This document shows positions 39,616 to 46,247 of a DNA stretch of 64,000 nt, piece after piece. This DNA is from a virus. The notes under the pieces were generated by a model. That model worked only from the letters and a program-made list of their open reading frames with translations, had not been told where the DNA came from and searched no databases. How positions within the stretch are numbered: position 1 is the stretch's first letter; the number at the start of each line of letters is the position of its first letter. The position numbers and the translations under genes were made by a program. The stretch covers positions 6,588 to 70,587 of IMG/VR virus record IMGVR_UViG_3300042349_000876. The stretch is one strand, 5' to 3'.

Positions 39616-39660
39616 GGTTCGGTTTCCACGGTTTACGGGGTCCCTTAAAAACGCTATAGT
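39616..39660 (+). promoter_or_regulatory. GGTTCGG-class promoter of the tRNA/ncRNA array
   Basis: GGTTCGGTTTCC, TTTACG, 17 nt, TATAGT. Confidence 0.7.
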
Positions 39661-39713
39661 TAAAAGGTGGTTGAGAGAGCTCAACCCCGAACCTTGAAAA
39701 TTCAAAATTTATC

Positions 39714-39785
39714 GGGTCTGTAACTCAACGGTAGAGTAACGGGCTTTTAACCTGGAAGTTGTGGGTTCAAATCCCACCAGACCCA
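39714..39785 (+). tRNA. tRNA-Lys(UUU)
   Basis: Cloverleaf GGGTCTG/CAGACCC, loop CTTTTAA. Confidence 0.9.
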
Positions 39786-39865
39786 TCGTCCCGACACCCC
39801 TGGAGTTGTAGGCTTCGTTTTTCGTCGCGGACAAACGTGATGGGCATCACGAAAAACTGCCCCCT

Positions 39866-39948
39866 GCTTGAGTGGCGGAATTGGTAGACGCCCTGGTTTT
39901 AGGTACCAGTGTCCTTGTGACGTGGAGGTTCAAGTCCTCTCTCAAGCA
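39866..39948 (+). tRNA. tRNA-Leu(UAG)
   Basis: GCTTGAG/CTCAAGC, loop TTTAGGT, long variable arm. Confidence 0.92.
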
Positions 39949-39965
39949 TTGCCTTCGGGCAAATT

Positions 39966-40050
39966 GCAGGAAGTGCGGTGCCTCTCTCAGGTCATTGACT
40001 TGGTGAAGCAAAAGAGGATTCCAGGTGCACTTGATCCGGGTCCCTCCTGC
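39966..40050 (+). ncRNA. Unidentified structured RNA between tRNA-Leu and tRNA-Asn
   Basis: Nested stems GCAGG/CCTGC, AAGTGC/GCACTT, CCTCT/AGAGG, CAGGTC/GACTTG. Confidence 0.45.
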
Positions 40051-40056
40051 TATCAA

Positions 40057-40128
40057 TGGCGTGTAGCTCAACGGCAGAGCTGACGGCTGTTAACCGTCCG
40101 GTTGCAGGTTCGAATCCTGCCACGCCAG
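40057..40128 (+). tRNA. tRNA-Asn(GUU)
   Basis: TGGCGTG/CACGCCA, loop CTGTTAA. Confidence 0.92.
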
Positions 40129-40130
40129 TT

Positions 40131-40570
40131 GGGTGCTTGATTCTGAAGCGAATAAGCATTAAACAACGGACGCTCTAATCCGTGCCCATGATCCCCAGAT
40201 GCCATTTGGCCGTTTCCTTAGTCTGGGGTGATAAAAAGGGTCAAACGGCCATTGGGGTTGAGTAGCAAGTAAGGAGCGGTGCTTAGAAAGGAAGCTATTT
40301 GATACTCCCGCTCACCCCACAACCACCCACACTGCTCTGTCGGTGTGGTGCGGCCAGTAGAGATCCAGGATCATTCTCTCTGGTTCGCGTACAAGTCCTG
40401 GGTTCTCTCAGGCCGGGGAAGTGATCCTCCCCGCGCAAGTTCCCGCTCTGCGAAAGCATCGGGCTGACCCACTGCCGGGTCGCGATGGCGGGCAGTTGCC
40501 ATCGTTCCATTTTGCGGTTTGCCTCACCGTCCCGCGTTCTTCGGATCGCCCGAGGGAGAACGGGGCACCT
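40131..40570 (+). ncRNA. Large unidentified structured RNA(s)
   Basis: GC-rich, no credible ORF, dense helices, potential pseudoknots and a loop-loop pair. Confidence 0.6.
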
Positions 40571-40660
40571 GGGAGTGCACCTTGGATGGTGGGCGCGACG
40601 GCGTCAGAGGCGGTTCGATTCCGTCCCTGGGATATGGTGGTTCGATTCCACCCACTCCCT
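40571..40660 (+). ncRNA. tRNA-like RNA with two T-arms and no anticodon loop
   Basis: GGGAGTG/CACTCCC acceptor; two GGTTCGATTCC hairpins. Confidence 0.65.
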
Positions 40661-40686
40661 ATTGCCACTGCATTGCAGCGGCATTT

Positions 40687-40820
40687 GCGAGATTTATCTC
40701 GCCCCTAAGTCCCAGTTCTGGGGTCCTGCATTGGTCAGGGTTACCCTTCCTGGGCCGGAGGAGTTGATCGCCCTTCGCACACCCCCTATGCCTCTCAACG
40801 ATGCACAAATCTGGGGGTCA
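40687..40820 (+). ncRNA. Unidentified structured RNA upstream of tRNA-Thr
   Basis: GCGAGA/TCTCGC, CCCAG/CTGGG, TGCATTG/CGATGCA. Confidence 0.45.
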
Positions 40821-40822
40821 CT

Positions 40823-40894
40823 GCCGGTGTAGTATAAAGGTTATTACAGAACTTTGGTAAAGTTCAAACGACGGTTCAATTCCGCCCACTGGCT
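40823..40894 (+). tRNA. tRNA-Thr(GGU)
   Basis: GCCGGTG/CACTGGC, GAACT-TTGGTAA-AGTTC. Confidence 0.85.
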
Positions 40895-40928
40895 TGGGCT
40901 GACTCGTTCGCTGTATGGTTTAATCAAC

Positions 40929-41438
40929 ATGTTAGAAATTACTGACAATTTTTTAGAGGAAACAGAATTAGAGAACATCAAAAACACTCTCTTAAATACG
41001 AACTTTCCTTGGTTGTATAGCGAATCAAAAGTCTCCCAAAATGACTCTACTCCTCAATTTTTTCACACACTCTGGCACCCTCCTCACGGCAACAATAGCT
41101 CCCACGCAGGGTTGCTAGGTTTTTTCGAGAAAAAGCTAAAAGTAGGGTTGTGGGCCCGTGCTAAATTTAATTTAACTTTGCCCGGTCAGTGTTTGAAACA
41201 AACCGAGTTTCACGTAGATCAGACTCTAAAAGGAGCCAAAACAGCCATTTATTACTTGACGACTACAAATGGTCCGACAGTTTTTAAAGGTTTTGATTCC
41301 GTGGAGTGTGTGAGAAACCGCTTGGTATGTTTTGACTCAAAAATACACCATGCGGCAACTTTACACACAGAGGGTGATGTTGCTCGAATCGTTTTAAACT
41401 TAAATTTCATTCAAAACGAAAATCACGAGACCCTATAG
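40929..41438 (+). CDS. 2OG-Fe(II) oxygenase
   Basis: FHVD, TAIYY..T.NG.T.F, NRLV.FD...H...R..LN.N. Confidence 0.8.
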   Translation: MLEITDNFLEETELENIKNTLLNTNFPWLYSESKVSQNDSTPQFFHTLWHPPHGNNSSHAGLLGFFEKKLKVGLWARAKFNLTLPGQCLKQTEFHVDQTLKGAKTAIYYLTTTNGPTVFKGFDSVECVRNRLVCFDSKIHHAATLHTEGDVARIVLNLNFIQNENHETL

Positions 41439-41500
41439 TGAAGTGGTTATCACGCTACCCTGTCACGGTAGTATCACGAGTTCAAATCTCGTTAGGGTCG
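41429..41500 (+). tRNA. tRNA-Asp(GUC)
   Basis: GACCCTA/TAGGGTC, loop CTGTCAC; overlaps upstream stop codon. Confidence 0.9.
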
Positions 41501-41501
41501 T

Positions 41502-41645
41502 CGGTACTCGTTAGGCAGATAGCCTAGAAGGAGGCCGAAGAGGGTGCAACAAGGAACGTTGCATTAAATGAAGGATCCCCTAAGCTGCATCGTAGATTCA
41601 ACTTTGACGGCCTCGGTCGTTATCGTAGGCAGACATCCTCGCCCT
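41502..41645 (+). ncRNA. Unidentified structured RNA between tRNA-Asp and tRNA-Ile
   Basis: TAGGC/GCCTA, TGCAAC/GTTGCA, TGACGGC/GTCGTTA. Confidence 0.45.
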
Positions 41646-41649
41646 GCTT

Positions 41650-41723
41650 GGAAATATAGCTCAGTTGGTTAGAGCATTCGACTGATAATCGAAAGGTCGC
41701 AAGTTCGAGTCTTGCTATTTCCA
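41650..41723 (+). tRNA. tRNA-Ile(GAU)
   Basis: GGAAATA/TATTTCC, loop CTGATAA. Confidence 0.92.
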
Positions 41724-41741
41724 TTGCCTTCGGGCATTTAT

Positions 41742-41813
41742 GGTCCATTCGTCTAGCGGTTAGGACACCACCCTTTCACGGTGTAGACACGAGTTCGATT
41801 CTCGTATGGACTA
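41742..41813 (+). tRNA. tRNA-Glu(UUC)
   Basis: GGTCCAT/ATGGACT, loop CTTTCAC. Confidence 0.9.
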
Positions 41814-41816
41814 CCT

Positions 41817-41893
41817 ACTCTCTTAGCTCAGCGGATTAGAGCGTCTGACTACGGATCAGAAGGTCGCAAGTTCGAATCTTGCAGAGGGTGCCA
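41817..41893 (+). tRNA. tRNA-Arg(ACG)
   Basis: ACTCTCT/AGAGGGT, loop CTACGGA, encoded CCA. Confidence 0.9.
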
Positions 41894-41984
41894 GGCGGGT
41901 TGGCTGAGTGGCTGAAAGCAGGAGTTTGCTAAACTCCCAGGAGGGTTTACCTCCTCGAAGGTTCGAATCCTTCACCCGCCGCCA
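41894..41984 (+). tRNA. tRNA-Ser(GCU)
   Basis: GGCGGGT/ACCCGCC, loop TTGCTAA, long variable arm, CCA. Confidence 0.92.
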
Positions 41985-42055
41985 CGGGATGTAGTAAAAT
42001 GGTATCACGCTGCGTTTGGGACGCAGAAACGTAGGTTCGATTCCTACCATCCCGA
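41985..42055 (+). tRNA. tRNA-Pro(UGG)
   Basis: CGGGATG/CATCCCG, loop TTTGGGA. Confidence 0.92.
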
Positions 42056-42058
42056 CTC

Positions 42059-42130
42059 GGGGTGCTGGCGCAATGGTAGCGCAGATCCTTTGCAAGGATA
42101 AGGTTATCGGTTCGAGTCCGATGCATTCCA
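42059..42130 (+). tRNA. tRNA-Ala(UGC)
   Basis: GGGGTGC/GCATTCC with G3:U70, loop TTTGCAA. Confidence 0.9.
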
Positions 42131-42149
42131 TTGCCCTTTTGGGCAACAA

Positions 42150-42325
42150 TCTGTCCGACACAGGCGTTCAATTCGCCTTACCTCCACTTTACGGGGGTAA
42201 ACTGGTTATCGACCGGGCAGAGGGTTTGAGAATAAATCTCAACAACATTCGCAAATTCGAGCGCATTGCTGTTGCCGTCTAGGCACTCAATTCGTGACGA
42301 CATACGGGGAGCTTAGCCTCCCCTT
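42150..42325 (+). ncRNA. ssrA: Two-piece (circularly permuted) tmRNA
   Basis: Acceptor piece GAC..GGCGTTCAATTCGCC-TTACCTCCA precedes 5' end GGGGGTAAACTGGTTATCGAC; G3:U70; tag LNNIRKFERIAVAV*. Confidence 0.85.
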
Positions 42326-42330
42326 TATTT

Positions 42331-42507
42331 ATGGATCACCCAATGATGATGCTTTTTACAGCCAAGTGGAATATTCCACAAGCTTCTGAAGCATTAGGCA
42401 AACCTGCTTGTGAAACGAGTTGGGAAGAAACGAAAGAACTTTTTCGCAAGTTCTGTCAAGAACACCCTCCCATTCACGTTTACGAACCTTTAGAAAACCT
42501 AAACTAA
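42331..42507 (+). CDS. Small cyanophage-type protein (MLF.AKWN.P.A family)
   Basis: 58 aa read manually. Confidence 0.55.
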   Translation: MDHPMMMLFTAKWNIPQASEALGKPACETSWEETKELFRKFCQEHPPIHVYEPLENLN

Positions 42508-42672
42508 AACGTTGCTTTTTACTTTACCGATTTATGAGATCGGCCCTGCCAGACACTGCGGGGAGCAGCTCGGACGCTGATATTGCGTCTTAAATTACCT
42601 GAGCCACCCACAAGTGCCGTTGAAATGCGGAACCACACTTTGCGAGGTGGATGTTGAGTTCTATCCGTATTA

Positions 42673-43041
42673 ATGCTTTTTTCTAAACTGAAGGTTCTTT
42701 TTGGGACCGCTGCGATTGCCGGATTGTCTATTCTTTCACCGTTGCCTTCGCAAGCCGCATCTTGCGGTTATGCGAGTCACTACGGGATGGGAGATGGCTA
42801 CCATGGTCAAACCACAGCAAGCGGAGAGCGATTTAACACTTACGCTCACACAGCAGCTCACCCGTCTCTCCCAATGGGAACCCGCCTACGAGTAACCCGT
42901 GGTTCTCGGTCCGTTGTCGTTCGAATCAATGACAGAGGCCCTTACTACGGTGGTCGTCAACTTGACCTCTCCTACGCTGCTTTTAGCCAACTGGCGCCAC
43001 CGAGTAGGGGGGAAATCCACGTCTGTTACTCGCGAGTGTAA
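42673..43041 (+). CDS. rlpA: RlpA-like lytic transglycosylase (DPBB) with signal peptide
   Basis: ASHYG...TASGERF...AAH.SLP.GT...VRINDRGP...DLS.AAF. Confidence 0.9.
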   Translation: MLFSKLKVLFGTAAIAGLSILSPLPSQAASCGYASHYGMGDGYHGQTTASGERFNTYAHTAAHPSLPMGTRLRVTRGSRSVVVRINDRGPYYGGRQLDLSYAAFSQLAPPSRGEIHVCYSRV

Positions 43042-43094
43042 GTTTACGAACTTTGCTTGTGACTATACTGGGTGTGTTACACACCCTTTCTTTC

Positions 43095-43167
43095 GCCACC
43101 ATAGCTCAGGGGTAGAGCGCCATACTTGTAATATGGATGTCCGGGGTTCAAATCCTCCGTGGTGGCT
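43095..43167 (+). tRNA. tRNA-Thr(UGU)
   Basis: GCCACCA/TGGTGGC, loop CTTGTAA. Confidence 0.92.
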
Positions 43168-43170
43168 CTC

Positions 43171-43242
43171 GCGGATATAGTTCAGTGGTAGAACACCATC
43201 CTTCCAAGTTGGGTGTCGCAGGTTCGAATCCTGTTATCCGCT
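43171..43242 (+). tRNA. tRNA-Gly(UCC)
   Basis: GCGGATA/TATCCGC, loop CTTCCAA. Confidence 0.9.
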
Positions 43243-43293
43243 TCCCCACTTCTCTGAGTGGGATGTTTATCCTTTTCTCTATCCCTTTAGAGT

Positions 43294-44172
43294 ATGTTTA
43301 AGTCTATTCTTGCCAGTAGCGTTGCCGCCGTCTCTATTGCAGCGCCCGCTATGGCACAAGTAACCAACGTTAGCCAATTGAAAGACGTTCAACCGACTGA
43401 TTGGGCTTACCAAGCAATTGCCAATCTGATTGAGCGTTACGGGTGCATCGCTGGTTACCCTGACGGAACCTTCAAGCCTGAGCAAGTTGCGACTCGTTCG
43501 GAAGGTGCCGCTCTGGTGAATGCTTGCCTGGACAATATTACAACGTTTTATACCGAAGCCGATGCCCAACTGGCTGCCGCTCTGCGTGCCCAGTTCTCGA
43601 AAGAGCTGGCTGCTACCAACTCGCGCGTCAGTGCTCTTGAACTTGCCGCTGCTCAAAAGGCCCAAGGCGTTGGTAACTACGTTGGTGTCGGCGTTCTGCT
43701 GAACCAGCAAGGTACCGCCGGTAACGGTAAGAGCAATGTTGCTACCGTTGCAGGAGCTACCTTGCAAGCCCGCTATATTGTTAAGGATTTTAATAACGAC
43801 AATTCGGTGTCGGTTCGTCCTTACTTCAACGCTGCTGCTGGCCCGAATAGCTTCATCGGTACTGCCGGTGGCGCTCTGGTGTCTTACGACTGGTCGATTG
43901 CCCGTGCTAAGTCTGGCGTAAGCAAGGCCAACGTGTATGCTGGTGCCGGTTTCCAGGTTCCTTTCACTCAGTATCAGCAAGTGAACTACCAATCGGCCAT
44001 CGGCAACCGTGGTCAGTTCGTTCTGGCTCTGGGTATCGAAGGTCGTGTGACCAACTCGCTGGTTGGTTTTGCTGACCTCAAATTTCCGACGACCAATGCT
44101 GCTAACAGCTATGGTACCGGTGGTGGTACTTACAGCCCCGTGTTCACAACGGGCCTGGGCATTAAATTCTGA
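43294..44172 (+). CDS. SLH-domain outer-membrane beta-barrel protein (Som porin-like N-terminus)
   Basis: Signal peptide; DVQPTDWAYQA...LIERYGCIAGYPDGTF; terminal Phe. Confidence 0.85.
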   Translation: MFKSILASSVAAVSIAAPAMAQVTNVSQLKDVQPTDWAYQAIANLIERYGCIAGYPDGTFKPEQVATRSEGAALVNACLDNITTFYTEADAQLAAALRAQFSKELAATNSRVSALELAAAQKAQGVGNYVGVGVLLNQQGTAGNGKSNVATVAGATLQARYIVKDFNNDNSVSVRPYFNAAAGPNSFIGTAGGALVSYDWSIARAKSGVSKANVYAGAGFQVPFTQYQQVNYQSAIGNRGQFVLALGIEGRVTNSLVGFADLKFPTTNAANSYGTGGGTYSPVFTTGLGIKF

Positions 44173-44227
44173 AGCTAATCGCAAAGACCCAAAAAGTGTG
44201 ACGACTGGCCGCCGTAAGCGGCCTTAC

Positions 44228-44297
44228 CCGTCAGAAGCCAAAGGGAAAGGCACGCAGACAATGCATTCAGTAGTTGGTTCGAGTCCAACCTGACGGA
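44228..44297 (+). ncRNA. tRNA-like RNA with aberrant anticodon arm
   Basis: CCGTCAG/CTGACGG, T-arm GTTGG-TTCGAGT-CCAAC, anticodon arm only GCA-GACAA-TGC. Confidence 0.6.
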
Positions 44298-44314
44298 ATT
44301 TTTATTACACTCGT

Positions 44315-44890
44315 ATGAGCGAATTTTTCTACCGTTTTCCTAGTCCGTTTGTGTATATAACCGAAATTGAAAATCATTCAGAATGGAAAAAACACGTAAA
44401 AAAGTCTGTTAAACGTTGGCAAAATTCTCAAACAAAACCTTTTTCAGAGAAAGGTTCTAATTTGTTGACAAGTTATCATGTTAAAGAACCATTAAACGAA
44501 TTTCTTGACCCTGTTTTCTTAAAAGCTATAGTATGGGACCCGTTGGACAAAGCTTTAGAAGAAGCTGATCTTGCTGCTCAACCTTCTCAATCCTATCTTC
44601 ATAACATTTGGTTTAATAAGTACCCTGAAGGGGGAAGTTTGGGTGCCCATGTTCACCCGAACTCGGAATGGTCTGGAGTGTATATAGTGGAAATGTCTCA
44701 ACCCAACCCAACATTTTTCATGTATAACAGCACATCTAACAGTCCCGCTTTTTGCACTTCTCTAGACACCGAGAAAAGTGCCAAAGAGGGCAACGTTATA
44801 ATCTTCCCTTCTCATTTAATACACTGGGTTCATACAACCTGCGAAAAAAGACTGACAGTATCCTTCAACGTAGGATCGACGTATTCCTGA
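44315..44890 (+). CDS. 2OG-Fe(II) oxygenase (TIGR02466-like)
   Basis: WFN.Y..G....H.HPNS.WSGVY...IFPS.L.H.V...R..VSFN. Confidence 0.8.
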   Translation: MSEFFYRFPSPFVYITEIENHSEWKKHVKKSVKRWQNSQTKPFSEKGSNLLTSYHVKEPLNEFLDPVFLKAIVWDPLDKALEEADLAAQPSQSYLHNIWFNKYPEGGSLGAHVHPNSEWSGVYIVEMSQPNPTFFMYNSTSNSPAFCTSLDTEKSAKEGNVIIFPSHLIHWVHTTCEKRLTVSFNVGSTYS

Positions 44891-44942
44891 TAAATTTCGT
44901 CTAGTTTACCTGTTTCTTATTCACCTATAATATAGGTGTTAA

Positions 44943-45014
44943 GCCCCTATAGCTCAGCGGTAGAGCACCTCGTTTACACCGAGATTGTCGGCGGTTCGAT
45001 CCCGTCTGGGGGCA
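44943..45014 (+). tRNA. tRNA-Val(UAC)
   Basis: GCCCCTA/TGGGGGC, loop TTTACAC. Confidence 0.92.
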
Positions 45015-45029
45015 TGTTTTACGAAACAT

Positions 45030-45188
45030 ATGACTGAAACTGATCTTGAAAAAGTCCAGCGTATGATTGACGCTGCGATTGATAAACACAACAAAACAGC
45101 AACTTTGATCAGTGCTTGCATTGGCAGCGTCTTGCTCGGTTTCTACGCTCATGGCGTGATTACAATGGTAAAAGGTTTGACCCCTTGA
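45030..45188 (+). CDS. Small membrane protein
   Basis: VQRMIDAAIDKHN..A..IS..IG...LGFYA.G. Confidence 0.55.
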   Translation: MTETDLEKVQRMIDAAIDKHNKTATLISACIGSVLLGFYAHGVITMVKGLTP

Positions 45189-45200
45189 AGTTCAACTATT

Positions 45201-45755
45201 ATGTCTTACTTTTCCGCTGATGTTCGATTTACGAGCCAAGTAAAAAATGTACTTCCTGGGTTAGGTTACGTTGACGTTATTGATAATTCAGACGAAAACG
45301 TTTGCCACCACTTCAGTATAGATGCTCTAGAATCCTCAGATTACACGTTTAGTTATGAGGGCGAAAAAGGTTTTACCATAGTTTGCGGTTTTAAAAAAGA
45401 TCTGGACCTTATGGCTAAAAAGTTTGTGTTTGAGATTCAGGGTCGTAGACTTCCCGCCGAGTGGTGGAAGGGTGACGAGTCTATAGAAAAATCCTGGTTC
45501 GCGGTTATACCTAAACAAAATTGCTCTGGATGTACATACCTGTTTGACTTGGCAAACCAAAACGATAATTTCGAAGGTTCTAAAGGTTTTTTTGACCTTA
45601 AGTGTGAACCCAACCCAAGCTATGAGAATATTTTCAAACCTGGTACGGTTCAAGTTAATAAGACAGTTTCGTACGATGTCAATATAAACGTGTTCAAAAA
45701 AATCTTTTTCTACAGGCCGCCAACCAGCCGAAATTTTATTGTTACATTCACTTAA
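45201..45755 (+). CDS. Hypothetical protein
   Basis: 184 aa ORF. Confidence 0.5.
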   Translation: MSYFSADVRFTSQVKNVLPGLGYVDVIDNSDENVCHHFSIDALESSDYTFSYEGEKGFTIVCGFKKDLDLMAKKFVFEIQGRRLPAEWWKGDESIEKSWFAVIPKQNCSGCTYLFDLANQNDNFEGSKGFFDLKCEPNPSYENIFKPGTVQVNKTVSYDVNINVFKKIFFYRPPTSRNFIVTFT

Positions 45756-45758
45756 CGT

Positions 45759-46025
45759 ATGCTATTCGTTTTAATGTATGTTATCGCTTCTGCTGTATTC
45801 TTTGTATGGGTACTCGGTGGCTGGAAAAACCAACGTTTGCATTCCAAAACCACAAACAACCATCCAGAGATGGCAGAGGTAAGAAAAGGTGATGGCCTTC
45901 TTGTTATTCATTTCCATGAACATACCGACTCTAGTGCACCTGGCACTCAACAATCTAGTGATCTTGGGTTCTCTCAGTTTCTTGCTGATCACCCTCCCAG
46001 CGATCGGGATAATGATAATTCATGA
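45759..46025 (+). CDS. DUF2973-like small membrane protein
   Basis: TM helix then HPEM.....D.LLV..F. Confidence 0.5.
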   Translation: MLFVLMYVIASAVFFVWVLGGWKNQRLHSKTTNNHPEMAEVRKGDGLLVIHFHEHTDSSAPGTQQSSDLGFSQFLADHPPSDRDNDNS

Positions 46026-46247
46026 AAAATGACTTTCTTGTAAAACAAGGGTAAAATTATTTGTGCTTAATTGCACAGAAGAAATCCTTTAGCCCAGGGC
46101 AACCTGGTTTACATGATTTCCTCTTCAATTTAACGCTCCTTGAGGGAGCTAGGTCCCTTTGTATTCGAGAAAGAGAGAAGATATATAGTGTTAGACCCTA
46201 ATCAATATAACGTGGGGCAAGTGGCTCCATACAATATTCCTACCGCT

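Noticed and set aside
40131-40820. RNase P RNA, SRP RNA or group I intron
   Set aside because: No GAGGAAAGTCC or matching 3' P4 strand, no CAGG-GRAA-AGCA SRP core, no recognisable P7 elements and no interrupted host gene
39847-40832. ORF-track frames across the RNA region (39868, 40295, 40408, 40421, 40485, 40519)
   Set aside because: They overlap tRNAs or dense RNA structure, overlap each other and have no motifs; expected by chance in GC-rich sequence
39786-41645. tRNA-linked theta/HDV-like or pistol ribozymes in spacers
   Set aside because: Could not place P3/P1.1/J4-2 or the pistol pseudoknot by eye; not excluded without covariance search
41856-42282. ORFs 41856, 41947 and 42016
   Set aside because: They run through tRNA genes; only the 3' end of 42016 is meaningful, as the tmRNA tag frame
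43279-44184. 301-aa minus-strand ORF opposite the SLH protein (and similar antisense ORFs in psbA, tape measure and 46380)
   Set aside because: Antisense shadows of codon-biased real genes; no motifs or promoters
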